Assembly: GCA_050084985.1 (NCBI GenBank) | Contig: JBITNC010000001.1 | Location: 45,756,001-45,820,000 of the forward strand | Source of the DNA: Nageia nagi | Taxonomy: Eukaryota; Plantae; Pinophyta | Length of the DNA stretch: 64,000 bases | Direction of reading: 5' to 3' | Part shown: in pieces, positions 39,101 through 53,070 of the stretch | Position numbering within the stretch: position 1 is the stretch's first letter | Layout: every line of letters begins with the position of its first letter | Translations under genes and position numbers: made by a program | The notes under the pieces: generated by a model | Database searches by the model: none | The model's input: only the letters and a program-made list of their open reading frames with translations | What the model was told of the DNA's origin: nothing

Positions 39101-40357
39101 TCTTCAATAGCTTCTCATCCTCCCCACTAGTCATCACCACTTTGTTGTTAGAAGTCCTTATCTCCACAATGCCATTGAACATATGAATAGAGTGTCCTTG
39201 TTGTCAAATGAGCACAAGATATAGCAAGTTCCTTCATAAGTAAGGAAGATAGAGCACATTTTGAAAAACCATATCTGGAAGGCTTGGCAATTTAAGTCTC
39301 ATAGTACCAATACCGAAAAGTTTGATACAGGATTTGTCAGCAAAATATATCGCACCATCAATGTTGCTATTCATCTTTTCAAAGAATTCTCTTCAAAAGG
39401 TCATGTGACATGTAGCACCAGTATCAAGCAACCATGCATCCTCCTAAGATGCAAATGAGGTATTACATAAATTTTCAATGGTATTGTTACAATATGTAGT
39501 AACATAATGAGCGAAATTAGAGTTCTCACTCTTGTCTTGCTCTGGTTTTTCATTCCTTTCTTTGATCTTGTCCCATGGAGTGTGATAGGTATTAGCTTCA
39601 TGGCCTCGTCTATCACATCTTTTGCAATGGAGATTGTTCCTTTCATCATGATCACCTTGATTAGATCTACCTCCTACCTCTATAATTCCTCCTACCATGA
39701 CCATGGTTGTTGCTTTCACCTCGAGAAGAATCATGAATATCATTCTTTCCCTTTTGAGCAATACACAATGTATTTGAAGTAGAATCACTAGATTTCTTAC
39801 CAAAAGCCTTCTCATGTTCTGCAATCTTATCTGCCAAAGTGTCAAATGTGAGAGACTTTAGGTTACCACTAGCTTGCAAAGATTCAAGATAGTTTGAATA
39901 GGTGAGATATAATGCCTTAATCAATGCTGTGAGAGCAATATCAATCTTCACACCAGTAGAGTCAATGTCATGCATTATTTCTCTAATTTTTGAAATTAGT
40001 GCCATGGGATCATCATTATTTAACTTTAGGTTAAAGAGTTTCAATTGAAGTTGGATCAATTCTAGTTTAGAATGGGAGTCAAACAAATCTAATTTTCTTT
40101 AGTGCATTCCAAGTATCATAAATAGAGCTAATGTGGTGGTTAACATCCTCACTAACTAAAGAAGTAATCAAAGCATATGCCTTATTATTTTTCATGTTCC
40201 AAATTGCAATTTCCTTAGCATCAATCAATTTGGTAGATTTTTTATCACCATCACAAATGCCAATCCAAAAATCATTAAAAATTAATGTATGCTTTATTTT
40301 TCTAGATCAATCCGATCAATTTTCTTTTTCGATTAAAACAACACCAACAATACTCAT
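36105..40357 (-). pseudogene. Copia gag-pol (gag, zinc knuckle, protease, integrase, RT, RNase H), disrupted
   Basis: ORFs 39667-40086 (gag), 39401-39655 region, 38937-39182 (LWHARFGH), 38255-38959 (integrase LRSDNGGEY, QNGVAERMNRTL), 36638-37051 (RT, YRQLVGSLIYL) and RNase H IFTKA near 36170. Confidence 0.95.
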
Positions 40358-41269
40358 AAGGGAATGCATTTTTGAAATAGAAACTTCAAGCTTTATTTAA
40401 TTGCATTTTTCAAACTTTTACAATGCCAATAAAAGTTCACACACTTTGCCAAAAAATAACAATGTCCACACTAAATGAAGATTCTTTTTGCTTACACCAC
40501 ACCAAAAATTGCAAAAAGAATAGGAAATCTCAAAAAGGATTCATTACATCACACATCTCCTCTTACGAGAAGGATTCCTTCTAGGAGGCATGCTTATAGG
40601 AGTTGGCAAGATGGAAGTAGAGGTAGCATCAAATAGCTCAACAACAACATCTTTGTATTCATTGTCTTCAACATCAGCCAAATAACTTGTTTGCAAATCT
40701 GATTTTATTTTCTCAACATCAAGGGTAACACAAAACTCCAAGGTTCAGAATCCCTCAATTATGCCAAACTCACCAAAATTTGAGTCAAATGTTAAACCAT
40801 CTTTTCCAATATATTTTTTAATTGCTCTCCAAAATAATATCCATCCAATGACATAACTGAAAAATACTTTGAATTCTAAGTTCAACAAAAAAAATCTTAT
40901 TGAAAAAGGGGTTCGTTACACCAAGTTATGGGAAGAAATGTCTTCAAAATTTGAAAATACCCCAAAAATCAAATTAAATGTTGACTATGCATTGCTAATT
41001 GGGCTAAAAATGCTAATTGTATTGGTAAAATTGCTGATTGGGTAGGTCACACCTACATGCGACACATGGTGGATCTAAGTGTAAAGGGGAGGCATGCATT
41101 TTGAGAAGAAGGTGGCATGCATTTTGAAGGTGGCACACATTTTGCTGATAGAGATCTACAGGTGCTGATAGAGTACATTTGGAGAAGGGTGAAATCGACA
41201 TGAGGTGTAGAGAATGTAGGTTTGAAAATGCATGAGAACAAAAATCTCGAACAACATGAGAACAAATAC

Positions 41270-41515
41270 CACGTGAGGGGTGATACCATAGAACACGGAG
41301 GGAGGGGTGATACTAGAGACCATGGAGGGAGGGGTGATTTCAATACCATGGAGGGAGAGAGAAAAAATTTTAGATAGCATGAGGGGTGATACCATAGACC
41401 ATGAAGGGAGGGGTGATTTCAATACCACGAAGGGAGAGAAAAAAATCTCGGATGATGTGAGGGGTGATACCACAGATAGATATTCTGAACGGAGGGATGA
41501 TACCATAGAGGGAGC
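41270..41515. repeat. ~27-bp G-rich tandem array in the copia 5' UTR containing TGATACCA
   Basis: GAGGGGTGATACCATAGACCATGGAGG-type units; exact TGATACCA at 41281, 41387, 41465 and 41498. Confidence 0.85.
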
Positions 41516-41804
41516 TAAATAAAATTGCTGAAATAAAACCATTGAAATAAAATCACCAAAAAATAATAGTCATAGACCACTTACTTGATTGAAAACTTCA
41601 CACTGAGATAATTTTGCCAAAACTGCTCCAAATCACCTCATTCAAAAAATAATCTTGCTCTACATGAAAATGGGTATCCACATATGTGCTCAGATTTGGT
41701 TTTTGATGCTCATTTTCAGAGGAAAAATAGAAGCAAAATTTTTGGATGGATTTCGATAGCATTTTTGATCACTTTCATGGAGTTAGAGAAAGCAAAAACT
41801 CAAG

Positions 41805-41816
41805 GCTCTGATACCA
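41805..41816 (-). promoter_or_regulatory. Primer binding site, tRNA-iMet (TGGTATCAGAGC)
   Basis: Exact canonical 12-mer 1 nt from the 5' LTR. Confidence 0.95.
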
Positions 41817-41817
41817 A

Positions 41818-42064
41818 TGATAGGCGAGATAACTCCAAGATCAAAAAACATTCTATTAGTGTAGAATATTGTGTAAATACAATTTGAGAAAGACTCTTCA
41901 TCTTCACCTTCTTGGGTGACCTTTGAGATACATTGTAACTCCTCATATTCTATAAGAAATGACTCTAAATTCTAGCACACTCAAAGCTACAAATTTACTA
42001 AATATAGTAAGTATCTAATACTATACTAACTATACCATACTCCCTAAGGATTAGGTGTCTAACA
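41818..42064 (-). repeat. Copia 5' LTR
   Basis: Direct repeat of 35854-36096; adjacent to the PBS. Confidence 0.95.
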
Positions 42065-45000
42065 AGATCTTCTAGATTCCTAACAATTGGTAGAAGAGTT
42101 TCAATTTTGGCTACCTATGGATGAATTTTAAGATTGGAATTCTTATTTATAAAGTTAGAATGGGTTGAAACCTTAGATTTTATCTATTTTAAAAAATAAA
42201 AACTCTTCCAATTGTTTTTCAAAAATCCATGTCAAATTCTAAAATCATATTGTGATACCTTTGTATGAGTCCAGCCTTTTGGTATATTGGGTTACATTTT
42301 CAATCAAAATTTGTCCTATGTGTTGGGTTTTATACTATGTTTGATTCACTAGTTTTTTGAAACCCTTCATTTTTAGGAATCCTTTGTTTGAGCACCAACA
42401 ATAACAATTTCTAAAATAGGTAAAAAATATTAGAGGCCAATATCTCCTAAACTATGAAGAATTAGCAAAGTATGAAACTTCAAAAATCATCAATTTGAGA
42501 TGTAGCCCATTGTGATCATCTTTTCAAGATGATCATTTTTAATTTCAAATATAACAATTTCTAAAAATAGTAAGCTAAGGCTTAGTAAATTTTGATAATT
42601 TTTAAATGGATAATGGAAGAAGATCTCAAGAATTAGATATATTATCCCATGAGGTTAAAAACATTAGTGATATACCGAGTCAATTCAACCTCAAAAATGC
42701 CTTTGACAATGTAGAAACAAAAATAATAAGGCTAGATGCCAATTATAGTCATTTGAGTAAGAACATAGAACTAGTCCAATAAGTAGCACTGATAAATGTG
42801 GGGAATCCATCTCCAAATATATTAGGTTTGGGTTCTCATCAATATATAGGATAAACACACCAGATATACCATGGTCCTCAATAAGCATTCATTCTCTTAA
42901 GAACCACCAAGTTAGATTTTTCAAACATTGATGTTGATGATACAACCAGTTGAATTTATTGGGTAGAATAATATTTATCATTGAACTAGATTCTTGAGAC
43001 ATAGAAGGTCAACATTACATTATTTCATATAGAGAAAGAAGCCATCTAATGATACCAATGGTTTGAAAAGATAAATGGCATTCATATTTATGGAGAATTC
43101 ACCAAAAATCTATTAGTTAAATTTGGCCCAAGTAATTTTAAAGACTTTATGGAGGCTCTAACAAAATTGCACCAAACTACATCAGTAAATGAATATCAAA
43201 CTTAGTTTGAGAAACTTGCAAATCGCATCAATGAGTTATAGGAATCCTTTTTCAAAAGTTATTTCATCAGTGGCTTGAAGGAAGACATTAGAGTGGAAGT
43301 GAAGATGTTTAATCCTAATACTATGATGGAAGCCATTGGGCTAGCTAAATTAGCTGAAGATATATTCAATGCTCAATGTTGTTAGAGGAAGAAACCATTT
43401 GGGATATCAAAAAATCCTCAATTTGCTCTAAAACCTAATCACCCATTGTAATTTAAGTGACTCATTCTAAAGGAAATGGAGTATAGGGAGAAGGGTATCT
43501 GTTATAATTATGATGAAAATATGGACCAAATCATAGCTACACCACATAAAAGTTGTATTTTTTAAATGTTGATGTTCCTAAATATTTAGTAGCTAAAGAG
43601 GATGAGGTTGTAGTGGATGAACCTAATAGTACCAATGATGATACTCCTAAAATTTCTTGTAATGCTCATTCAAGATTTTCTTCTTCACAAATTATGAAAT
43701 ATTATAGACACTTCAATCAACAAAATCTCATTGTATTGATTGATTTAGGGGGTACAAATAATTTCATTAACTCGAGGGTGATCAAATAGGGCAATTTATA
43801 TATATAACCTCAAAAGAAATTTGAAGTGATGATCAATAATGGAGGTGAGATTTTTTGTTAAGGGAAATATCACAATGTCAAACTAACCCTAGGAGAACAT
43901 CATTTACTGAGTGATATGTATGCCCTTCTATCGGAAGGATGTGATTTGGTCCATTGTGCTCAAAGGTTGAGGACATTGGGACCTATATTATGGGATTTTG
44001 TTGAGTTATGGATGTAATTCATGGTTGATGGACACAAATATACCCTTATGGGACTACACTTAAGGCCCCTCATAGATAATTAGTTACCACCATATGGATA
44101 AGCTTCTTTGAAAGGGAGGAAAGCAGAAGGTTGTGCAATTATTTTCTCTCTAAACATATGTGAAAGGATAAGGTGAACTAGAAGAATTGCAACAACTTTT
44201 GGCACATCATGGAGTTTTTGAAGAACCCAAAGGGCTACCCCCAAATCACTCTCAATATTATACTATACAACATTTTCTTGGAATTCAACCACCAAACATT
44301 CAATCTTATCACTATTCTTATTTTTAGAAAAACAAAATTAATAAATTGATGCATGATATGTTAGAAGAAGGAATTATTCGATCTAGTGTAAATCCTTACT
44401 ATTCTCTAGAATTTTTGATCCAAAAAAGGGATGGATCCAAGCATATGTGCATTCAATTTTGAGCTCTCAAAAAAATCATAGTAAAGGATAAATTTCCCAT
44501 TCTTATCGTTAAAATTTTTTAGGATGAATAATATGGGGCTAAATAATTTTCTAAACTAGATTCATAGTCATGGTATCATCAAATTAGGCTCTGCAAAGAA
44601 TATATTCCCAAAACATTTTTTTGCACACATGAAGGCTATTAAGAATTTTTTATAATACTATTTAGTCTTACCAATACTCCTACTTTCAAGAGTATGATGA
44701 ATCAAGTATTTTGTCCTTACCTTAAAAAAATATTTTGGTTTTCTTTGATGATATTTTGGTTTATAGAAAGAATTTAAAGGACCATTTTGTCCACCTAGAT
44801 CAAACCTTAAAAATTATCCAAGATAACCAATTATATGCCAAGCATTTAAAATATTATCTTAGATGTTGGGAGATTGAGTTTCTAAGATGTATCATTTTAG
44901 AAGAAGGTGTCAAGGTAGATCCTCATAAATTAAAGATATGAAGGTTGGAATCTTCCTAAATCACTTAAAGGGTTGCAAGGATTCCTAGGATTAACTAGGT

Positions 45001-47011
45001 ATTATCATAAGTATGAGAAGGATTATGGAAAGATTGCAACTCCATTAATATCCTTAATAAAATAGAATGCTTTTAATGGGTCATCCAATATGGAAGAATA
45101 TTTTCATAGATGAAAGGAAGCTATTTATTCTACTTTAGTTTTGGACATGCCCAATTTCTCTAGAATCTTTATCATTGAGAGTGATGCTTCAAGAGTCAAA
45201 ATTGGTGTAGTTTTGATGCAAGGAGGGGTACCTTTAGTTTTTAATAGTATGGCATTATCAATCATAAACTTGAAAAAAGCCACATATGAAAAAGAAATGC
45301 TAGCTAGCAATTATTTATGCTATTCAACATTGTTGACCATATCTCACTGGTAAATGTTTTCTCACTCAAAAAGATCCTCATAATATGAAGTATTTTATGG
45401 AATAACAAATATCCACTCCTAAGAAATAAAAGGAGGTAAGTTATTAGGAGTATGATTATAAGATTTTGTATCAAAAGAGAAAAGAAAATATGGTCATTGA
45501 TTCCCTTTCTTGTAAAGTTGAGGAACTCATGGTACTTTAGGAAATATCCTCACCAATTCCTTAATGGATAAATTAGGTAACACAAGAATGGCTCCATGAT
45601 AACTATACTAAGGTATTGATTCAATATCTTCAAACTGAACCTATTAGCAAACCAATATTTTTTTAATTATGGGGTTCTTCAGTTGAAGGGCCACATTGCA
45701 TTACCTCTAATTCTTCATGTTACAAGATGATATTTCAGGAGTCATATATTGCACCATCACTTGTACACTCTAGGTTTTTAAAAACTTACAAAAGGATGGC
45801 TAGATATTTATATTGGGTTGGAATGAAATAGGATATTAAGAACTTTGTTACATAACATGATGTTTGTTAGCAAAAAAAAAGTAAGATAGTGGCACTATGG
45901 GATTATGTCAGCCTATTCCCATCTGAATGTGAACTTGGAATAATATTTTTATGGATTTAATTAAGGGCCTTCTGAAGTATTATGATAAATATATTATCAT
46001 AATGGTGGTGGATGGGATGTCCAAGTACGCATATTTTCATCTTTAGCTCACCTATATAAGGCTATCAATGTGGCTTAAATTTTTCTTGATAACATTTTGA
46101 AGATCCATGGTATGCCCTCTACTATAGTCAATGATCAAGGCCTTGCTTTTACTAGTAAGTTTTGGCAAGAATTCTCTAATCTTCAAGGAACTTGGCTCAA
46201 TATGATTTCAACCTATCACCCCAAAATAATGGTTATACATAAATTATTAATAAGTACCTAGATACTTATCAACATTTTTTTGCTTCTAACTAATCAATTC
46301 ATTAGGTTAAGTGGCTTCCTTTGGTAGAATGGTGGTATACTACTTCATATCATACTGCAATTAAGATGATCCCTTATGAAGCATTGTATGGTTAAGCACC
46401 ACCCATAGTGGCCTCTTATGTTCTAGGAATCACCAATGTTCAAGTAGTTAACATTTAATTAACAACTTAGGGGTATATCTTATGCCTTATTAAAGAGAAT
46501 TTACAGACCACTCAATACCACATGAAATAATAGGTTGATCAATGATGAGTCAAATGAGAATTTCAAGAAGGGGATATGGTGTTCCTAGGGCTTCAACTAT
46601 ATCATAAAAAGTATCTCAAGATATAGGAACCCTAGAAGTTAGCTTCAAATTTTATGGGCCTTACCCAATCCTCCAATGTATTGGACTTGCAACATACAAG
46701 TTGGAGTTACTTACATCCTCAAAATTTCATCCAATGTTTCATGTCTCTTGCCTTGAGAAGGTGTTGGGTTCTTAGGTAAAGGTTCAAATATAATTACCTA
46801 AATTAATAGAATATGGATCCATAATGATTAATCTAAAAGTGATTTTAAAACAACACATCCATTAGGTTCATAATCACACATTATTGAAGTTCTTATCCAA
46901 TGGCACACATTGGCACCTAAGGAAGTGATGTAGGAAGTACTTCATAAACTTCAACAAAAATTTTCTCAATTTCAATTGTAAGGAAAAATTTCTTTTCCAT
47001 GAGGGGTGGCA

Positions 47012-47392
47012 TGTTAGGATCCCATGATATCCTAACATTTACTTATGTTAGTATTTTATTTAATTATTGACTTGTACTAGTTTGTAATGTGAACCATCAT
47101 ACTTTTGTAAGAAAATATCCATTTTTTAATGAACCACCAATTAGGGTTAAATAGCATGAATATAAATATGTGTAATAGGGGTAGAGAGATCATATTTGAG
47201 AAATATTAATATTTGGAATTGTAGGGAGGAATCCCCTCAAAGCATCCTACAATTCGTATTGTTGTTCAGTAACGTTATCCTATTCTACTATCTTGTTGTT
47301 ATTCTAAATTGTATTACTTGAATTATATTCTTTGTTGCATTACAAATCCATTTTTATTATGGATTTTATTTCTATTTTGGTTAAAAATCCCT
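47012..47392 (+). repeat. Gypsy 3' LTR (3'-truncated)
   Basis: Begins TGTTAGGA after the PPT. Shares CTAACATTTACTTATGTTAGT and TATAAATATGTGTAA.AGGGGTAGAGAGATCAT with 35486-35850. Confidence 0.9.
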
Positions 47393-47394
47393 CA

Positions 47395-47674
47395 ATTAAA
47401 GGCATTTGTTGGTGTTGGTACTAAGAAGATATCTCTCTCTTGCAATCTATAGAGCTAGATATTGAGTGACTACCTCTCTGTCAACTACTAGACAGGACCT
47501 CCAATCCTTCTAATAAAGATATCAAAAAAGGATCATGAAGGAAATCTATTCAATCTATCTGAAGGCAACATGAATTAAACTAAAAAATTGATTTCACCAA
47601 AGCTCCTTGATTATCTTCATGTTTACATAAAACTAGAGAATCCTTAATTACATCAAACTACACATGTCACATGG
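47395..47674 (+). mobile_element. Second RTEX-like LINE, 3' continuation after the gypsy insertion
   Basis: Translates 'CWY..', 'RIMKEIYSIYLKAT', 'SPKLLDYLH', 'NYIKLHMSHG', colinear with 'WCWC..', 'FIRKDIYH.YIQVTW', 'NPKLVFYVEH', 'TYLQHHWSHG' of the minus-strand LINE. Confidence 0.65.
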
Positions 47675-48949
47675 TGTTTGTTTCCCCTTTTCGATATGGG
47701 TTTTCCCAAACCAGATTTGCATTAATACAAACCATCATATCCTTATAAACCAATGCATGTGTAAACTATACAACATGAAAACCTAGATTAAAGTTTAATC
47801 TTCCAAAAGGGGATGCAAGGGAGCTAGGGAGACCCCACATTTGGGGTCCCTCCCTCTAGGAAAGGCCCATGTTGCAAATGTCTAAAATATTACTTGAAAT
47901 GTGATTAAATAGTGATAATAAACAAAATGGAGAGAAGGTTTAGAGTTTTTCCTTTTCTTGTGAAATACCCACAACTCCAAATAACCTACAAATAACACAC
48001 AAGAGTAGGCTTCTAAGTTCTAGGTCCTACAACCCTAGAACCATGCAGACGTAACTAATGATCTTGTAGGCCTCCAAATGTTGAATCAACAAGGCACTAG
48101 AAAATAAGACAATTCCTAAAATGAAAATTAGCATACAATTAAAATAGATTAGCTAAAATAAAATAAAACTAAGCTATCTTAGCCTAAGTCTACAAGAGAC
48201 TAGCCTAGAAAATACTAGTATGCAACCATTCACCAAAATAATAATGATAACACAAAAGGATATATGATTGAGCTCTTGGATGTCCCCTTAAAAACCTAAA
48301 AAAATATGTAAAACAATGATTAATACCACAAAACCAATACCAAGTGTATTACCCAAGGTTTCCTTGCAATACGAGGATAAAAATCCTCCTTTTTTTTTTC
48401 TTTGAAAGTGATGGGTAAAGCTTTTAGTGGAAGATTCTTCGTCAAAAGCTTGAATGGATAGTTCTAAGTGTGTAGGATAGCAAGAAGTCATGTGTTTCAC
48501 ATTGTGCTAAGTGAGTGAGTTATTGGGAAAGCTAATTTTGATTTGAATTCTATATAGGACTAATTGATGTGTTAGGGTTTTAACCTAAGTGATCAATCGA
48601 TCTCCTAACTGATGGGCTAATTAGGGTACAAAGTGATAAGATGGTAACAAAGGGTTAAGTTACCAAAATTGATCACAAAAATGGGTTCAGAATAAGATAG
48701 AGGGATGGTGAGATCATAATGAACTACATGATTGATCAAATCATTACAAATCACATAAGATAGATGAATGAATGAGTTTTAGGTATCTACAGATGCCCCT
48801 TTTTGTGTTAGTTTTTATGAGATGTGAAATATGATATAAAAATAGGTGAAGTGTGTGCAATGTGATAATGAGAAAGAAAAATAGATAAAAAACAAAAGTA
48901 AATGATCTCTAATTTTCTCCAGCATCTAAAGGTTAAAAGAAAAGGAAAT

Positions 48950-49460
48950 CAGGATGAGAGCGAGTTTCGATGCATGATAGGTCATATAAGATCACCCTGA
49001 ATGATCGACCCAGGTCTAGTTTTGGTGCATGATAGGCCATATAATATTGAGTTGAAGAGGAGGATTGTAAAATGGAACTAAAAGGGTACAAATGGATAAA
49101 AAATAATAGTAAATTATCTTTTCTTTGCCCCAATAGCTGAATTGTAAACAAAAAATATAAAAGGTACATAAAAGTAAATGATTTCTTCTTTGCCCCAATA
49201 GTTGAAGGGTAAATGAAAGGAAAAAAGGTCAATGAGTCTACTTTGCCCCTATAGTCGAAGGGTGAACAAAAGAAAAATAATCAATGATTATGATTTGACC
49301 TAGCAGTTGAAGGGTGAAGGATAAAGCTATTAAGATGAGAGCTAGTTTTGGCACATGCTAAGCTGTATAAGATCACCTTGAACATTTGACCCAAGTTTGG
49401 TTTTAACACATGATAGGCTATATAATACTAAGCTAGAGAGAAGGATCGTAGGCTCACAAA
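48950..49460. repeat. Repeats in the Ogre/Tat 3' UTR
   Basis: TTTG(C/A)CC..TAG..GAA(GGGT) four times at 49124-49318, and a ~90-bp block TATAAGATCACC.TGAA...CATGATAGGC.ATATAATA at ~48985 and ~49366. Confidence 0.75.
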
Positions 49461-51019
49461 CCTACTGAGTGTTAGACTGTAACATGCAAGCATATGATGC
49501 CTAAAAAAGAGACCATGCTAAATGATAAAATGATACAAATGCTAGAGTGACCAAGATTGAAAGATGATGCAAGATGGACATGATCATTTTTGCAAAAAAT
49601 GGATCACACCCATGGGGGTGCCTAATAAGGAAACATGCATGTGTAGGTGCTTAAGATTGTGAAGAAGATAAGGGAAGAGGAATAAAAGGTTTCTTGGTTT
49701 TCTCATTTTAGATGAGAAAACCAAGAAAACTAAAGATAGGGGGCAAAATGTGAATATAAGAACTCAGCTACAGAAGGGTGCATGACCAACATGGGATAAA
49801 TCACCTCAATGGGTTGCCCAATGAAAAGGCATAATAAGATAATGGAAGAGGCAAAGGGAGGATATCCCCCTTGAGTGGGGAGGTGGGAGAAGATCCTAGG
49901 ATAGGGGCTCGACCATCTAGCCAATCGATGAGTGAGAAATATGAAGAGAAAAGGTCAAAAGAGGTAAAAGATACTAGTCGACCTATTGTAGATCGATCAA
50001 CACTAGCCAACCTACTGAAAACTAATAAGACTAATCAATCTTTTGAAGATCGATATAACTAGCTAGTAGGTTAGTTAAGTAGTTGATAGGACAATTAGGA
50101 GGTAAGAAATAAAAAAAGCTAAGTCAAATTGGTCATTTGCACACATATCTTTGTGTGAATGGAGCTCTAACCCTTAGAGACTATTCTATTTGCGAGAGTA
50201 CTAGGTTGACTAGGATTTGACATGGAGAGATGATGGTTGTAGCAGAAGATGGATAGGACCCACCACACGGCCCACTCAAAGGAGGAGATCATCACCTACA
50301 CAAATGAGTAAGTTTCAAGACACCCATTTGAAAATTAGAAATTGTAGGATTACATATCACTAACATGTTAGAGAATAAAATGAATTTTACTTTCATTTTT
50401 ATCAGTTGAAATGAGCATAAAATGAGAAAAAGCATAGGAGAAAACCTCAAACTAGGGCATCACACTTTAACCAATCTGACAGATGGAGCAGAACATACTT
50501 AGAATAAAAAAGACTATAATAATACATAAAATAAGTATATTGAAAGAAAATTTGGTTTTAGGCCAAAAAAAAGTGAGATTTTGATGGAAAAAGAGGGTCA
50601 TAGTGTGGGGCTTTTGACCTCTACCTCAACTTTACTAACTAGTGAAATGCAAATTGATCCCAATTTAGGGGCCAACTGGGAGCTCATTGGTTAGCACCTA
50701 ACTAACCTTAGATTAGCCAAACTGGTTGACTAGTCGATCATCAACTGATTCACTAGCCAACCTACAAGATACCAACTAATTCAAATTAGCCAACCTACTG
50801 TAGATCGATTAGGAACAAAAGTAAAAGATAGGTTGAATGACATAGGAAAAGATGACAATATATGAAAACACTCACATGATTGAACTAACTAGGACTCACA
50901 ACATTAGAGAAATAGAGACAAGACTCACTAACTTAAAATAAAGAGGATTGACTTAACAAAAATAGATGCTCATGGTTAATGATAAAAAAGGACTAACACA
51001 TGACTTATTTGAATGTGTG

Positions 51020-53070
51020 TAAGGTGAAGACCTAGAATAAGTTTAGGCCTATCTTGAAGGATGTGCATAGGGCACTTGATGATGATGATTGGATATGGAT
51101 GGAGGCAGTGGGCTTGGCAAGAACAGTGCGACTTAGGATAGTCATAGTCAACCGGGCCTACATATACATGCTAGTGGAGTGTTGGGATGGCCAACATAAA
51201 ACCTTCCACTTTTTTATGGACAAGATAATGATCAGACTCGAGGACATGTACTTAATCTTCAAGGTGCCCATTGAGGGTATGATGTTGACTACTATGAGTT
51301 TGAGGAGCTAGACCACGCAAAGGATGTTTGGGGATGGATAGAATACCATCAACATTAGAAATAAAGGGGTTGATTACATGATTACCTATGATACAAGACT
51401 ATTGAATATCAAAGAGGCCATTTTGATGATCATGATCAGTAACTTCCTACTCTTAGATACCAATGGGCATAGGATCCCTTGGAATTTACTGGACATTTTT
51501 AGGGATATTATTGAGGATGGAGTGATCTACACCTAGGCCTCGATGATTCTATAACCAATGTACCAATAGGTGGCTGAAAGGTAGAGGGATAAAGTTGGGA
51601 TCACAATATCCTTGCTCATCTAGATCTAGGCATGGGAGCACATGTGAGTGGCATGATCCCATAGCTTTCCTTTTGAAATACACAACATCCCAAAGGTGGA
51701 TTTGAAGGCACCCATAATAGGATGAAAGCTACCCTACACTCGATGATGGATGCAAGAGCATGAGTTACCCAAGAGGAGACCATAGTAGGGCATGTACACA
51801 TGGCATTGCAACATGTAGGCAAGTTTATAGGTGGAGAATATCACCTATAGGACATGGAGAGGAGGCCCAACATGGGCTGATGACATAGAGTAGCTGACAC
51901 ACATGAATCGATCCTATGACCCATGTAGGAATAGGCCCAAGGATGTAAAGATATATAGGTATGAGCAGGTGAGTCGATAATATGAGATCATTCAAGATGT
52001 GTCTCTAAAGCTCGAGCACTATTAACAAATTGAGGTGTAGGGGGACCTACCTTGATAATGCTACATGGAGCTAGATGAAAATTTAGATGTAGCTATGGTC
52101 ATCCAGATGTGAATGACACTAGTACCATCGTAGAGTATGATGCATGGTGGGCTATTAAGAGGGAGCAAGTTATGATCGATGGAGTGCTACAAGCACCACC
52201 TCCACTAAGGGTAGGATAGGGTGAGAGATAAGCAACAACACTAGTAGAAGGAGCAATGGTACCAGGTGCCCCTACAAGATAGGTGGTAGGAGAACCTACA
52301 TTACCATGAATGGGAGGAGAGGGATACGATGAGTCATTTGATCAAGAAGCTTTCAACATAGTAATGGGTTCCTTGGAGGCCAAGTAGGATGCTCAAGAGG
52401 TAGAGATTATGGTAGATCATGATCAAGCATTGGGCAAGTTGGATGCTGCCATCTAACAAAGAGACATAATGATTGCAAAGAGAGACATTGTAGTGGAATA
52501 AAGGGATGTAGCAATAGCATGGGGGGATGCGCTACAAGCATAAGTGGTTGAACTATAGGAGCAATTAGATACAACCTTAGTAGAGGGGCATCACCAAACA
52601 TAGTTATTGGTAGTGATAGTGAGGGTACAAGTGCCACATGCAAAGGTAGGCACTTAGAAAAAGGTCATGGTAGGAGAGGGGTGGGTCGACATGGCTACAC
52701 AAATGGAGGGGATGATGGTCAACTAGTAGGAATACCAGATGGCCATGGATCAATGGTAGTGAGAGGGGTGAGGGCACTCATCTTTCACAGATAATTGATG
52801 GTGGTAGGGATAGTTTCCATAGAGCCTGTGTTTGGTGGGAGCAGCCATTCATGTAGCTAGAGCTAGAGCTAGACCATGATGATAGGTTAGAGTATGTGAC
52901 AGTCGAGCAACAACCACTCCACCAAAACTAGGTCATCAAGTAGGGTATTCAAGGTTCCCTAAGCACTAAGCAGGCCATCAAGACCACCTGAGGTAGCAGA
53001 TACAGAGGGATTAGGTGAGACATCTTCCTCCCCCAAAAAAGGCTAGAGTGGACAAGGTTGATTACCTAAG
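51020..53070 (+). pseudogene. Plant mobile domain (PMD) gene, antisense within the Ogre/Tat element, decayed
   Basis: ORF 51054-51311 'MLVECWDGQHKTFHFFMDKIMIRLEDMYLIFKVPIEG' matches the PMD signature L.ERW...THTFHLP.GE.T.TLEDV..ILGLP..G. Downstream stop-riddled coding-like sequence; ends approximate. Confidence 0.8.

Larger units (their letters stand above)
35854..42064 (-). mobile_element. Full-length Ty1/copia LTR retrotransposon (defective)
   Basis: LTRs 35854-36096 (243 bp) and 41818-42064 (247 bp), TG..CA ends, 9 substitutions and 2 indels by my count. TSD AGATC at 35849-35853 and 42065-42069. PBS-Met (GCTCTGATACCA) at 41805-41816; PPT at 36097-36108. Confidence 0.97.
35486..47392 (+). 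mobile_element. Ty3/gypsy chromovirus (Reina-like), ancient, with a copia nested in its 5' LTR
   Basis: 5' LTR 35486-35853 plus 42070-42085; degenerate Met PBS TGGTAGAAGAG at 42088. Gag ~43000-43500, protease 'LIDLGGTNNFI', RT 'VFFDDILVY', RNase H 'IESDAS..IGVVLMQ', integrase ~45700-46500, chromodomain 'EVLIQW...' ~46885-46940. PPT GAGGGGTGGCA; 3' LTR 47012-~47392 alignable with the 5' LTR. Confidence 0.9.
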
